Part shown: positions 27,180 to 37,954 of the stretch, piece after piece
How positions within the stretch are numbered: position 1 is the stretch's first letter
Layout: each line of letters opens with the position of its first letter
From: Candidatus Latescibacterota bacterium
GTDB lineage: Bacteria; Latescibacterota; UBA2968
Direction of reading: 5' to 3'
Assembly: GCA_965205975.1 (NCBI GenBank)
Contig: OZ242195.1
Coordinates: 3,168,001 to 3,232,000 of the forward strand
Length of the DNA: 64,000 nt
Notes under the pieces: model-generated
The model's database searches: none
What the model was told of the DNA's origin: nothing
Seen by the model: the letters and a program-made list of their open reading frames with translations, nothing else
Translations under genes and position numbers: made by a program

Positions 27180-28151
27180 TCACCTCAACACCCGCGCAAT
27201 ATCGCGCGCAAAATAGGTCAGAATAAGATCTGCACCCGCGCGTTTAATACTCACCAGAACCTCGTCTCGCACCCGGTCTTCATCCAACCAACCATTTGCG
27301 AAAGCAGCTTTGAGCATCGCAAACTCGCCGCTGACATTGTAAGCGGCAACCGGCACGCCAAACTCTGTTTTCACCCGGTAAATAATATCCAGATAGGGCA
27401 ATGCGGGCTTGATCATAACGATATCCGCGCCCTCCTCAATATCCAGAGCCACCTCGCGCATGGCCTCGTCGCCATTTGCCGGATCCATCTGATAGGATCG
27501 GCGATCGCCAAATTGCGGCGCAGACTCTGCCGCTTCTCGAAATGGACCGTAAAAACCCGAGCAGTATTTAGCCGAATATGCCATGATGGGGATATGGTCA
27601 AACCCCTGGGCATCCAGAGCAGAGCGAATAGCCCCAACCCGACCATCCATCATATCCGAAGGCGCAACCATATCTACGCCCGCGCGAACATGGGAAAGGG
27701 ACTCCTCGACAAGGAGATCAACCGTTTCATCATTATCCACATCGTTATCCACAATCACACCGCAATGCCCGTGGTCCGTATATTCGCACAAACACACATC
27801 CGTAATCACATAGAGATCAGGCGTATGTTCTTTAATCTCAGCTATCGCACGCTGAATAATGCCATCATCGCAATAAGCCCCACTGCCCCGCGCATCCTTG
27901 TGATCGGGAATCCCAAAAAGAATCACCGCTGGAATACCCAGATCGGCAATTTCTCTACACGCCTCAACCGCGACATCTATCGACATCTGATGATTGCCCG
28001 GCATAGACCCGATTTCTTTCTTCACACTTCTGCCTGGACACACAAACAGGGGCATAATCAAATCGTCAACACGCACATGATTTTCGCGCACCATTCGGCG
28101 CGTGGTCTCGCTCCCGCGCAAACGGCGCATGCGGGTAATGGGAAAAGTCAT
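27180..28151 (-). CDS. hemB: Porphobilinogen synthase
   Basis: [36 protein letters not shown]. Confidence 0.97.
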   Translation of the reverse strand: MTFPITRMRRLRGSETTRRMVRENHVRVDDLIMPLFVCPGRSVKKEIGSMPGNHQMSIDVAVEACREIADLGIPAVILFGIPDHKDARGSGAYCDDGIIQRAIAEIKEHTPDLYVITDVCLCEYTDHGHCGVIVDNDVDNDETVDLLVEESLSHVRAGVDMVAPSDMMDGRVGAIRSALDAQGFDHIPIMAYSAKYCSGFYGPFREAAESAPQFGDRRSYQMDPANGDEAMREVALDIEEGADIVMIKPALPYLDIIYRVKTEFGVPVAAYNVSGEFAMLKAAFANGWLDEDRVRDEVLVSIKRAGADLILTYFARDIARVLR

Positions 28152-28164
28152 AAAAGCCTTTCTC

Positions 28165-29673
28165 TCACGCCAACTGCTTCACAGCTATCGTCCCTTCCGG
28201 CGCAGTGCGAACCTCATAGCCCGCGTCAATGAGTTCCTGCCGCAGGCGATCGGCAGTATCGTAATCTCTGGATGAACGGGCCTCGTCAATCTGTTTGCAA
28301 ATCGCCTCGCTGGTATCTGTCTCATCCGATGATTCAGCCTTGACATCGGCAATCCCCAGCACGCTATTGATCTTATCAAACACATCCAGTGCTTCTGACG
28401 GGTCATCCACCTCTTGCCCCATCCAATTATGCACCACAGCAAGCGCTGCACTGATATTGAGATCGCTGGACAGCGCACTCAGAAAATCGGCAACAACGGG
28501 ATGATCATTGCCGACCTCCGTCGCACCGCCATTCGCCGCCTGGGCAAGCCCCTGACCAAACTCGTGAAATCTTCGCACGGCATTGGCCGAATCACGAACA
28601 CCCTTTTGCGTAAAATTCGTCTGCGTGCGATAATGCGTCTTGATGAGTTCGTAACGCAAAACCGAAGGATGAACGGGACGCCCCGTTACTTTGCCCTCGA
28701 GCACATCGCGCACCGTAAAAAAATTGCCCTTGCTCTTGGACATCTTCTCGCCTTCAACCATTAAATAGCGCGGGTGAATCCAGTACCTGGCAAAATGCGA
28801 ATGCCCCGTCGCACAACACGACTGGGCAATCTCGCATTCGTGGTGTGGAAAAATATTATCCTCGCCCCCCGTGTGAATATCGATAACCTCGCGCCGCAGC
28901 ATCTTCATCGCCATAGCCGAACACTCGATATGCCAGCCCGGATACCCTTCACCCCAGGGAGAGGGCCATTTCATAATATGAGATGGATCGGGTTTCCACA
29001 AAAAGAAATCGGCGGGATTGCGCTTAATCGCCTGGTGTTCTTCAAGCACGCGCCCACCCGAACCCGCGATAAGTTGATCGAGATCATTGCCCGACAGACG
29101 ACCGTATTCGGGAAAAGATTCAACACTAAAATAAACCACACCATCATCGGCAACATAAGCGTGGCCCTTGTCCAACAGCTTCTGGATCATCACCTGTATG
29201 GCATCGATATGTTCCGTGGGACGCGGCATATTGCGCGGATAGTCGTGCGCCACTTTAATCCCCAGCAAACGCGCATCCTCGACAAATGCATCCGTAAAAT
29301 ACTGCGCCACCGCAAACGGATCATCGGGATTGGAAATCGCATCATCGGGCAACTTACCCGATTTCTTTTCCTCCTTGAGCTTGCGCGCAGCTACCGCAAT
29401 TTTGTCCTCGCCCGTCGCATCGGCCACATCGTCGTCCGTCATATGCCCCACATCGGTAATATTCATCACATGGGTAACATTATAACCGGCCAAATCGAGA
29501 AAACGTCGGAGTACATCGGAAAACAAAAAAGACTTAAAATTGCCGATATGGGCAAAATCGTACACCGTTGGACCACAGGAATACATCGCCACATTTGGAG
29601 GATCGAGCGGCTCAAAAATCTCTTCGCGATTCGTCAGCGTATTGTAAAATCGAATATCCATAATCGAGTTCAA
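28165..29673 (-). CDS. cysS: Cysteine-tRNA ligase
   Basis: [25 protein letters not shown]. Confidence 0.96.
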   Translation of the reverse strand: MNSIMDIRFYNTLTNREEIFEPLDPPNVAMYSCGPTVYDFAHIGNFKSFLFSDVLRRFLDLAGYNVTHVMNITDVGHMTDDDVADATGEDKIAVAARKLKEEKKSGKLPDDAISNPDDPFAVAQYFTDAFVEDARLLGIKVAHDYPRNMPRPTEHIDAIQVMIQKLLDKGHAYVADDGVVYFSVESFPEYGRLSGNDLDQLIAGSGGRVLEEHQAIKRNPADFFLWKPDPSHIMKWPSPWGEGYPGWHIECSAMAMKMLRREVIDIHTGGEDNIFPHHECEIAQSCCATGHSHFARYWIHPRYLMVEGEKMSKSKGNFFTVRDVLEGKVTGRPVHPSVLRYELIKTHYRTQTNFTQKGVRDSANAVRRFHEFGQGLAQAANGGATEVGNDHPVVADFLSALSSDLNISAALAVVHNWMGQEVDDPSEALDVFDKINSVLGIADVKAESSDETDTSEAICKQIDEARSSRDYDTADRLRQELIDAGYEVRTAPEGTIAVKQLA

Positions 29674-29697
29674 AAATAAACCGAGGTCATAATTTTG

Positions 29698-30444
29698 TCA
29701 ATTCTGAAGTCTTTTTCGACGGAAATTAATGAGATAAATCCCCGTAACCGCGAGACCAATACTGACCCACTGATGCACTGTAAGCCCCATAAAAACCTCG
29801 GGCGTGAGACGCACAAACTCGACAAAAAAGCGGGCAACAGCCATCAAAACGAGATAAAGACCAAAAACCATACCGGGCCTGAGACGATCGCGCAGAGCCA
29901 ACAGAATCCCGAAAATACAAACCATCTGAATCATCTCGTAAATCGGCGTCGGATGCACAAAATCGAGCGTAGGCACAAGACCATTGGGATAAGCCATACC
30001 CCAGGGCAAATCCGTGGGAATACCATAGCATCCATCGCCCGAAAGCTCACATCCTCCCCGCCCAAAAAAGTACCCCACCACAAGGGCAGGCGCAATCGCA
30101 TCCAGAGCGGGCCAATTGAGCGCGTTATACCGACGAAGCCAAAGGAGCACAGTCGCAGCCCCGCCCAAAAACCCGCCATACCAGGCCCAACCCACAGAGG
30201 AAAAAATCGTACCAAAAGGATCGGCCACAAAAGCGTGGGGATACTCAAAAACGTGAAAAATTTTACTCCCCACAATACCGCCAATCACAGCGGCAAACGC
30301 AATGCGGTCTGACAACGTGGGGTCAAGCCCCCGACGCCGAAACTCGCGCTTGAGCACCCACGACGCACAAATCAAACCAACCGCGAGCATCACGCCATAA
30401 ACACCGATGCGAAACGGACCATATTCAAAGAGAATTGGAGACAT
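29698..30444 (-). CDS. lgt: Prolipoprotein diacylglyceryl transferase
   Basis: WYGGFLGG, HPTPIYE, RFFVEFVR; multiple TM segments. Confidence 0.9.
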   Translation of the reverse strand: MSPILFEYGPFRIGVYGVMLAVGLICASWVLKREFRRRGLDPTLSDRIAFAAVIGGIVGSKIFHVFEYPHAFVADPFGTIFSSVGWAWYGGFLGGAATVLLWLRRYNALNWPALDAIAPALVVGYFFGRGGCELSGDGCYGIPTDLPWGMAYPNGLVPTLDFVHPTPIYEMIQMVCIFGILLALRDRLRPGMVFGLYLVLMAVARFFVEFVRLTPEVFMGLTVHQWVSIGLAVTGIYLINFRRKRLQN

Positions 30445-30452
30445 CGTATGTA

Positions 30453-31568
30453 TCAGACCTTCTCGAGCAAAAACAAAAACTCCCGGTTTGGTTCCTCTGC
30501 ATCCCTCAACCATTCATTCGTCCACTTCATCCCCGCCATCACATTCTTCTTGTAATTGAGCGCAACCACATCTACTATCTCGCCATTGCGCCGCATCACA
30601 TCGTTCAACCCCTTGGCAGTCGCCCGCCCCCCAGAACTGTACGACAGAATAATCCACCGCGCGCGCGTCGCCGCAATCAAATTCTCAATCGCCTCAACAG
30701 CAATAAAGCGCCCCTCATCGTTCCGCCGAAACGCCTCAAAAACAGAAGCCGCCACAGTATCCGACGTATCCTTGCGGCGATTGGCCTTCCCGAAAAGGGC
30801 TGGTTTATCGGCGCAAATCACACTCGTCCACACATGGTAATACGAAGCGTATCGCACCCGCGATGGCGGCATCTTCTCGTTATTCGATCCATAAGGCGGA
30901 TCGAAATACGCCAGATCAACAGATATATCGGGAACGAGATCAAAAATATCCCTCTGAAATACCCGATGTTCCCCCGATGATCGAAAAATACTCGGCACCT
31001 TCAGCACAAGCTCCTTATAAGAGCGAGGCGACCAGTCCTTCAGATAAGAAACAAAATGCCCCAAACTGCTATCCACGCGATCCAGCGCCAAAATCAGACT
31101 CGTCAGCGCCACAGCCTCATCAACCGGATCCAGCTTCAGCGCGTCGATCTCTCCTCGAATCGCGTCTAATTTACGGGTATTGTGGATCTGCCACGGCTTC
31201 TTGTGCCCATCCCGCTGTATCGCACATCCGTCATTGGCATAGCCCCCATAGTGCTCTGTGAACCACCCATCCACGGCCGAAAGCGCATTGAGATGATCGA
31301 TAAGCGGTTGATAATCCTCCCGCTTCTTCTTATTCAGCAAATAGCACGTCCCAAAAATCTTCGACCACACCGCAACATCATTGCAAACAACCGTATAACC
31401 CAGCCTCGCAAGCGCCTGCGACACCCTCGTCGTCCCCGAAAACCCATCCAAAATCGTCTTTGCATCAACCTTCTCAACCAATTGCAAAATATGCGGAAGA
31501 AGTTTCAACTTTGACCCCGCATATTTGATCCCCTCTGTGAAGGGCACATCGCAAGCGACTCGCATCAT
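30453..31568 (-). CDS. N6-adenine DNA methyltransferase (D12/Dam class), orphan
   Basis: KYAGSK, LDGFSGT (motif I), YFDPPY (motif IV). Confidence 0.9.
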   Translation of the reverse strand: MMRVACDVPFTEGIKYAGSKLKLLPHILQLVEKVDAKTILDGFSGTTRVSQALARLGYTVVCNDVAVWSKIFGTCYLLNKKKREDYQPLIDHLNALSAVDGWFTEHYGGYANDGCAIQRDGHKKPWQIHNTRKLDAIRGEIDALKLDPVDEAVALTSLILALDRVDSSLGHFVSYLKDWSPRSYKELVLKVPSIFRSSGEHRVFQRDIFDLVPDISVDLAYFDPPYGSNNEKMPPSRVRYASYYHVWTSVICADKPALFGKANRRKDTSDTVAASVFEAFRRNDEGRFIAVEAIENLIAATRARWIILSYSSGGRATAKGLNDVMRRNGEIVDVVALNYKKNVMAGMKWTNEWLRDAEEPNREFLFLLEKV

Positions 31569-31586
31569 GCTTTATCCCCATAAAAT

Positions 31587-32243
31587 TCACCTGGACAATT
31601 GACGAACCACAGTCGCGATTTCTTCGGCGGTATGAGACGGGCGAAAAAAGAAGCGCAAATCGCCGTTCTGGTCAATGAGATAGGTATAGAGGGAATGGTC
31701 AATGAGATACCCCGCCGCAGAACCCTGCTCGCCGATCTCATAGTGAGCCGCATAGCGTTTAACCACCGCATCAATACTATCCTGCACCCCTGTAAGACCA
31801 ATAGCTGGCACATCAAAATGCGACAAATAGGTTTTGAGCATTTGCGGGGAATCGCGCCCGGGATCAACACTCACAAAAAGCGTCCCCAGATCGCGTGCAT
31901 CCTCGCCTAAAATCGTATAAGCACTCGCAAGCCGCGCCATCGTTTGGGGACACGCATCGGGACAACTCGCATAGCCAAAAAAGAGAAGAAATGGACGCTG
32001 TTGATCTGCCAAATGGAAAGAACTACCATCGTGGTCAACAAGCGTCAAATCGCCGCCAAAAAGATAGGGATCGGCAGAAAGGGTGAGATCGGGATCGGAC
32101 TGCGGCGCGCGCTCAAGCGGTTTACAGGCCATAAATAGCAACAGCAAAATGCAAAGTAGAAAGTGCAAAAAGCCTCTCCAGCCCCCCCTTATCCCTCGCC
32201 ATTTATCTGCGCCCATCTGCGCCCATCTGCGGATCGTATTCAT
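31587..32243 (-). CDS. SCO1/SenC family protein
   Basis: FFGYASCPDACP, VSVDPGRD, IDHS. Confidence 0.92.
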   Translation of the reverse strand: MNTIRRWAQMGADKWRGIRGGWRGFLHFLLCILLLLFMACKPLERAPQSDPDLTLSADPYLFGGDLTLVDHDGSSFHLADQQRPFLLFFGYASCPDACPQTMARLASAYTILGEDARDLGTLFVSVDPGRDSPQMLKTYLSHFDVPAIGLTGVQDSIDAVVKRYAAHYEIGEQGSAAGYLIDHSLYTYLIDQNGDLRFFFRPSHTAEEIATVVRQLSR

Positions 32244-32250
32244 CTGCGCC
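32202..32250. repeat. Decamer repeat (GCCCATCTGC family) within the SCO 5' end
   Basis: ttatctgc gcccatctgc gcccatctgc...ttcatctgcgcc. Confidence 0.65.
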
Positions 32251-32782
32251 CTTCACTCCGAAAAGAAACAACAGGTGCCCGAAGCGTCTGCACCTGACCA
32301 TTTGCAAAAGTGAGCGTAAGCGCGAGCGAATCGCCCGGAGCCAAATCGCGTCTGAGACCAATGAGCATAAGATGGTTGCCACCGGGTTGCAAAGTCGCTG
32401 AACCATCTTCTGGAATCGGCAAACGGTCAATTTTTTTCATCCGCATAATATTGCCATCCGTCGTCATAACGTGGATCTCGGCAACCTCAGCCGCAGGCGT
32501 AGAAGCAGAAACGAGTGCAGTCGCCATTCCCTCATTGTGAATAGCCAGATAAGCCGCAGTCATCGTCTGTGGTGGAATATTCTGCCGCACCCATGCGTTT
32601 TTAATGGACACAGAAGAAATATCCCGATCACTGCATCCCATCCCAAAAAGCAACCACAGATGAACACAGATGAACACAGATAGGTACACTACAGGAGTGA
32701 ACCAGAGTTGTTGTATTTGCGCGTGCGCTGAAGAAGCACCAACTCGCACGAACCCTCCTGCCCATTCTTTTATCCTGAACAT
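32240..32782 (-). CDS. Copper chaperone PCu(A)C (start uncertain)
   Basis: AWVR, AAYLAI, EIHVM...MRM, LQPGGNHLMLIGL. Confidence 0.9.
   Translation of the reverse strand: MFRIKEWAGGFVRVGASSAHAQIQQLWFTPVVYLSVFICVHLWLLFGMGCSDRDISSVSIKNAWVRQNIPPQTMTAAYLAIHNEGMATALVSASTPAAEVAEIHVMTTDGNIMRMKKIDRLPIPEDGSATLQPGGNHLMLIGLRRDLAPGDSLALTLTFANGQVQTLRAPVVSFRSEGRR
32655..32682. repeat. Decamer repeat (ACACAGATGA family) within the PCu(A)C signal region
   Basis: cacagatgaa cacagatgaa cacagata. Confidence 0.7.
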
Positions 32783-32785
32783 CCT

Positions 32786-33187
32786 TTAATCCCGAACATC
32801 CTGATCCTGCAACGAAACAATATAAATGGAAATAATCCTGCGCTCTTCTTCCGGAATTTGGGGATAGCCGGGCATACCCATGCCCCGTTCATTGAGCGCG
32901 CCTTTGAGGATCGTACGCGAAACAGCCTCAATCGAACGCCCGTATTTATAAACCTTGGGATCGTGAAAATCGCGGGGCCTTGGATTCAGAGTACGCGCGA
33001 TCTGACCATTGCCATGACCGTTGCGACCATGGCAAACCGCGCACCCGTATTTTGTATAAAGAACCTTACCTCTCTCAATATCTGCCGCGGCAAACTGCGG
33101 TCGCTGAGGAGGTTCGGCTTTCTGTTCTGGTGAATTCTGGCAAGCCATCAAAATGACGCAGACAGTTGCGAGAAAGAGGCGAAACAT
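32786..33187 (-). CDS. Monoheme cytochrome c lipoprotein
   Basis: LMAC lipobox, CAVCH, distal GMP. Confidence 0.88.
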   Translation of the reverse strand: MFRLFLATVCVILMACQNSPEQKAEPPQRPQFAAADIERGKVLYTKYGCAVCHGRNGHGNGQIARTLNPRPRDFHDPKVYKYGRSIEAVSRTILKGALNERGMGMPGYPQIPEEERRIISIYIVSLQDQDVRD

Positions 33188-33245
33188 AACATCTCCCGAT
33201 ATAGTTGATTTAAATATACCCAAAACGCGGAACACAAAAAAGCAA

Positions 33246-34283
33246 TCAGTCGCCTCTGCGATTCGCCTGCGATTGTGGCGTAAGATCAAACCACGTCTCG
33301 TGGCCCTGAAAAAAGCGATCGAGTTCATCGACCATGAGTTTGAAAAAGTGCGGATAATCATCGCCCGTATGGCCTGAAAAATGCGGACTTAAAAACACAT
33401 TGGGAAGGTGAATAATCTCACTATCGGGGGGAATAGGTTCCGGATCAAAAACCTCGAGACCCGCGGTAATATCCCCTCGCTTGAGACGTTCGATCAGAGC
33501 ATTGGAATCGACAATCGCGCCGCGCGAAACATTGACAAAGGCCGACCCGGGCTGGATGAGATCGAGTTCGCGTTTCCCAATCATACCTCTGGTGCGCGGT
33601 GTAAGCGGGGCAACGCAGACAATAACATCGCATTCCGCAAAAATCTTATCCATTGAAGTCTGCGTAAAACCCACAATCTCGGCAATATCGCGGGACAAAT
33701 ACGGATCGTAAACCCAAATATCCGTATTAAAAGGACGCAAAAAAGAAATGAGACGGCGGCCCATATGCCCACACCCAATAAGACCGACGCGCTTGCCGAA
33801 TAGCATACCGCGCATATCGCGGTTCTTGGCACCGATTGTATCGCCAACAATAATGCGGCGAAACGCAGCCCCCGCATTGCGCAACGCGATCAGGATAAGC
33901 GCGAGCGCCCATTCGGCAACTGGATAAGACGACCCCTGAGTCGTATCAACCGTGCGGATACCGCGTTCCCAGGCCGCATCGAGATCAATGCGCGCGGCAA
34001 AGCGGTCGCCTTCCAATTCGCCAACCAACTTCAAATGCGGCGCATTATCCATCACCTCAGCATCAATCGTGGGGCACCCGGAGCACACGACAACAGCATC
34101 CGCATCCCCCATACAATCAATTAAACCCGCAATAGTTCCGGGATCGCGAGGGGCTTCATAAATATTGCCACCCTCGCACTCAAACCAATCCCATGTGGCG
34201 AAGGTCTCAAGGCGGGCGAGTTCCTCCGGCGGAAAATAGCTATCTCGGACGCGCTTATTAGACGCGAGAAGGACTTTTGGCAT
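33246..34283 (-). CDS. D-2-hydroxyacid dehydrogenase family protein
   Basis: GLIGCGHMG, VNVSRG, EVFDPEP, SPHFSG. Confidence 0.9.
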   Translation of the reverse strand: MPKVLLASNKRVRDSYFPPEELARLETFATWDWFECEGGNIYEAPRDPGTIAGLIDCMGDADAVVVCSGCPTIDAEVMDNAPHLKLVGELEGDRFAARIDLDAAWERGIRTVDTTQGSSYPVAEWALALILIALRNAGAAFRRIIVGDTIGAKNRDMRGMLFGKRVGLIGCGHMGRRLISFLRPFNTDIWVYDPYLSRDIAEIVGFTQTSMDKIFAECDVIVCVAPLTPRTRGMIGKRELDLIQPGSAFVNVSRGAIVDSNALIERLKRGDITAGLEVFDPEPIPPDSEIIHLPNVFLSPHFSGHTGDDYPHFFKLMVDELDRFFQGHETWFDLTPQSQANRRGD

Positions 34284-34285
34284 GT

Positions 34286-35746
34286 TTAACCTCTTTTCGA
34301 ATTGGGCAAAGGAACCCTATCATTCGTCTGCATCTGCCATTGACGAATACGCTCAGTCAGGTCTCGAATACGATCTCTGCATTTGGGATCATCGAAATAA
34401 TTGACAATTTCATACGGATCGGCATTCAGATCGTAGAGTTCACACTGATCGTGCGCGCTGAGATTGAGTTTCCAGCGGTCGGCAGAGATGATAGACCGCC
34501 AGGGCGTACTCATAGCGGGATTGACCTCGGCCTCGCCGGGACGCGGGTGTCCATCGTTGCGGTTCCACTGAATAAAAACATCATTCTCCAACAATGTCTC
34601 ATCGCCGTCCAGCACAGGCACGCGGCTCTCGCCTTGCAGATGATCGGGAATAGATTCACCCATCAAATCCAGAAGCGTAGGCACGAGATCAATATGTGAA
34701 ATATTCCCCCCGATCACACGCTGCTGATTGGATAACCAGGGCACATGCATGAGAAGCGGAACCTTGACGGACTCCTCGTACAAAACAGTCTTGCCCAAAA
34801 TACCGTGATCGCCCACCATCTCGCCGTGATCACTGGTAAACACAATAATCGTATTATCCGCCTGACCGCTCTCCTCAAGCGCAGCGAGAATTTTGCCAAC
34901 AGAGTGATCGATCAACGTAACATTGCCATAATAGCGCGCGCGAACAGCACGCCAGCCCTCATCTGTGCGAAGATCGTAACCGTATTCTTCGGACTCCATA
35001 TAATAAGCGGACAAAACGCGATTGAGAAGAGACGCATTGGCCGGTGGCTTCTGGCGAAATGTGGGACCAACGGGAAGTCCTGAAGGATCGTAATAATCGT
35101 TTAATGGACCGGTATGCGGTGGATGCGGCTCCAGATAGGAAACGGCGAGCACAAAAGGATCATCGCCACAGTCGCGTATAAATTGGGCAGCGCGGTCGCC
35201 CTGGAAAGACGCCTTGGTAAAAGGTTCATCCATACTCGCTTCAACATGGCGGGAAAAAACGCGCTGACCTTCGGATTCGGAATTGGGTTCGAAGCCATTT
35301 TCCACCAAAAAATGATGATAGTCACTGCGGTATGCATGGCGTTCAGAACTCGAAAAAAAGCGACGGTACGAATCCTCGGTACCAACCCATTCGGAAAAAC
35401 CGTGCTGCGGAAAAATTTCATCGCCGAGATGCCACTTGCCATTATAACAACAGCGATAATCCGAAGACACCATCTCCGCAATGGTTTGCACATCTCGAGG
35501 CAACGGAACATTGCACGCTGGCACCCGCGCGGTATGCGGGTAAAGACCGCACAACATCGTGGCACGCGAGGGACTGCACACGGGCTGGCTCACATAGGCA
35601 TTCTCAAAAACAAAACTCCTATCCGCAAGCGCATTGAGATGCGGCGTATCAATATGATCATTGCCATAACACCGCATCGTATCCGCGCGCTGTTGATCCG
35701 TAAAAATAAATAACAAATTCGGTTTTCTAAGAAATGCGCTCATCAT
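34286..35746 (-). CDS. Sulfatase (Cys-type)
   Basis: PNLLFIFTDQQR, CSPSRA, GKWHLG, TSDHG. Confidence 0.93.
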   Translation of the reverse strand: MMSAFLRKPNLLFIFTDQQRADTMRCYGNDHIDTPHLNALADRSFVFENAYVSQPVCSPSRATMLCGLYPHTARVPACNVPLPRDVQTIAEMVSSDYRCCYNGKWHLGDEIFPQHGFSEWVGTEDSYRRFFSSSERHAYRSDYHHFLVENGFEPNSESEGQRVFSRHVEASMDEPFTKASFQGDRAAQFIRDCGDDPFVLAVSYLEPHPPHTGPLNDYYDPSGLPVGPTFRQKPPANASLLNRVLSAYYMESEEYGYDLRTDEGWRAVRARYYGNVTLIDHSVGKILAALEESGQADNTIIVFTSDHGEMVGDHGILGKTVLYEESVKVPLLMHVPWLSNQQRVIGGNISHIDLVPTLLDLMGESIPDHLQGESRVPVLDGDETLLENDVFIQWNRNDGHPRPGEAEVNPAMSTPWRSIISADRWKLNLSAHDQCELYDLNADPYEIVNYFDDPKCRDRIRDLTERIRQWQMQTNDRVPLPNSKRG

Positions 35747-35805
35747 CAAAACCTCCAGCAATCAGCAGTCAGCCCGCCCTACTACCTATTCCTAATTTTT
35801 AATTT

Positions 35806-37023
35806 TTAATTCGTCAACCGCCACTGCGACCTGGGAATCACAACAGCGATCACAGCGAGAACGACACACCCCGCAATGGCAAACACCGCGCAGTGCAAAA
35901 GCGTATGAGACAGCCCAATATCCGAACCTTCTGAAATACCAGCGAGAAGGGTCAAACAAAGAGAAAATGACAAACGTCCAATCAGACTCTGAATTGAAAG
36001 ATACGTCGCGCGATGGTGTTGTTGCAAACGCGGTACAACTGCAGCATTGAGAGGCGCAATCATAAGCGCGCGCGGAACAGAGCGCAAAGCCAACAGAAGC
36101 GCAACAACGGGATGAAAAAAGAACCCCATCAATGCAATGAGAACAACCTGCACCCCTGCGCTGAGCATAAGCGCCGACCGGGTACCAAGATGATCGCGCA
36201 GGCGAATACTCTGTCTTGCAAACCATGCAGCAATGCCCATCGTCAGCGCCGTGTGCAAACCCGTAAGCAACGGCGTGGGAGCCTGTCCGCCGAGCAACTG
36301 GATATAGGGCTGATAAAATTCATAAGGGATATGGTTGACAACCGTCATAAAAACGGAAAACAGCATCAACCACCCGAGCACGGGTTGGCTGAGATACGCA
36401 AGACAGGCGCGAATCTGCAAAAAAAATCCCGAAGCCTGTCGCGCAGTGCTGGCCTCTCGGTCGGGTTCGGCAAATAACAAAACCAGCGCAAAAGCCACGC
36501 ACGCCGCCAACAAAGACAGGCCATAAGCGACGCGCAAAGCAAAGATAGACACCGCCCCCCCAAGGAGCGCAGCACCTGCCGAAGCAATAAAAACATTCCG
36601 CGTAATGCGCGCTTCGCGCTGGGGATAGGCATCTTCTCGCCCCAAACATTTGAGCAAATCGTAGTGAAACGACGTATCCGTGCCAGACCGAAAGGCCATG
36701 CTTGCAGCCAGCCCAATTTGCGCCAGCACAAAAATACCAAAAGACCCACCCAAAAAAAACAGAGCGTACGCAAAGATCGCTGAAACAGCAGAAATCAGAA
36801 GGGTCAGACGACGCCCCAGAGTATCGGACAAATACCCGGAGGGCACTTCCAGAACAACAACCGCAACATAGTAAATGGCTTCAAGACGCAGCACCTGCTC
36901 AATGGGCATGTGCTCGTTAAAATACAAAAAAAACACAGGCAACCAGAAATACGCCTGCGCGAGGGGAGCATAAATCGGATACAATCGAACGCTGCGGGTG
37001 AGTTCAGAATGTAACATCGTCAA
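35806..37023 (-). CDS. MFS transporter
   Basis: EVPSGYLSDTLGRR motif A; many TM segments. Confidence 0.88.
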   Translation of the reverse strand: MTMLHSELTRSVRLYPIYAPLAQAYFWLPVFFLYFNEHMPIEQVLRLEAIYYVAVVVLEVPSGYLSDTLGRRLTLLISAVSAIFAYALFFLGGSFGIFVLAQIGLAASMAFRSGTDTSFHYDLLKCLGREDAYPQREARITRNVFIASAGAALLGGAVSIFALRVAYGLSLLAACVAFALVLLFAEPDREASTARQASGFFLQIRACLAYLSQPVLGWLMLFSVFMTVVNHIPYEFYQPYIQLLGGQAPTPLLTGLHTALTMGIAAWFARQSIRLRDHLGTRSALMLSAGVQVVLIALMGFFFHPVVALLLALRSVPRALMIAPLNAAVVPRLQQHHRATYLSIQSLIGRLSFSLCLTLLAGISEGSDIGLSHTLLHCAVFAIAGCVVLAVIAVVIPRSQWRLTN

Positions 37024-37035
37024 TTGCGGATGGTT

Positions 37036-37380
37036 TTACTCATGCCTGAAACTGACCATAGCGCGGTTCACCGTTCTGAACGTTTGAAAAGCCGAAGCCA
37101 GAGACGTGACCATGAGAATACTCTCAATTCTTCTGGTAATACCCACCAGACGCAAATCACCACCTGCTGCTTTGACAGTCGCCAGAGATGCCGTGAGAAC
37201 TCCGAGCATCGCACTGCCAAACCATCTGACGGCAGAAAAATCGACAATCACGCGATTGGTGCCACTTGCAACGAGTTGCTTGATGTGGTCGTGAAACGGC
37301 ATAACATCAGGACCGTCCATCAGTTCACCTGTAAGGGTAATAATCGCGATATCGTCCTTGATTTCTTCTTTCAGATTCAT
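37036..37380 (-). CDS. STAS-domain anti-sigma factor antagonist
   Basis: VIVDFSAVRWFGSAMLGVL, GGDLRL. Confidence 0.85.
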   Translation of the reverse strand: MNLKEEIKDDIAIITLTGELMDGPDVMPFHDHIKQLVASGTNRVIVDFSAVRWFGSAMLGVLTASLATVKAAGGDLRLVGITRRIESILMVTSLASAFQTFRTVNRAMVSFRHE

Positions 37381-37621
37381 AGCTACTTCCTTTGTTAAAT
37401 GAGATTGGATATTCCTCGACAGCGATAACATAAGCCCCTTATACCGATTTTACAACTATTTCTTAATCTACAAAAGGGACTGGCCTGGAATTTGCAGGAG
37501 TGAAATACAACCTGGAAATTGCAGGTATAATGAACGATATGTTCAAGTTAAACCGCGTGAAATGAACGCAACATGCTTGACTTTTCAGCTATTTTTCTTC
37601 ATTGTGTGAATAGGAAATTGC

Positions 37622-37954
37622 ATGGCTATCGGCAGACGATGGGCGGTTAAAGATCAATACGGCAACATCATCTATCTTACCGATGAAAGATGGGGGCACA
37701 TTATTGATCCCTGGAACCATCCTGAAATGCGGGATTTTGAAGCACATCTTCGGGATACAATTCGATTGGGACAACGCAAACAAGAACCTTTGAATTTTCA
37801 TAAATACCGATACAGCAAACCCTTTGACGACCTGGTCGGAGACAATACGCATATCGTCGCCATTGTCCTTTTCAAATTTCGGGAAGTAAACGGCCATGAG
37901 ATTGCGAACAATTATATTCTCACAGCATACCAAAAAGAGATTCTGACAATATGA
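37622..37954 (+). CDS. Putative toxin (RelE/DUF4258-like small nuclease)
   Basis: IYLTDERWGHI...HPEM...ILTAY; ATGA-coupled to a DUF2283-like gene. Confidence 0.6.
   Translation: MAIGRRWAVKDQYGNIIYLTDERWGHIIDPWNHPEMRDFEAHLRDTIRLGQRKQEPLNFHKYRYSKPFDDLVGDNTHIVAIVLFKFREVNGHEIANNYILTAYQKEILTI

Noticed and set aside
27180..28151. hemB as a zinc-independent paralog
   Set aside because: It keeps the [11 protein letters not shown] zinc-ligand motif
30453..31568. Complete restriction-modification system
   Set aside because: No endonuclease-like ORF on either side
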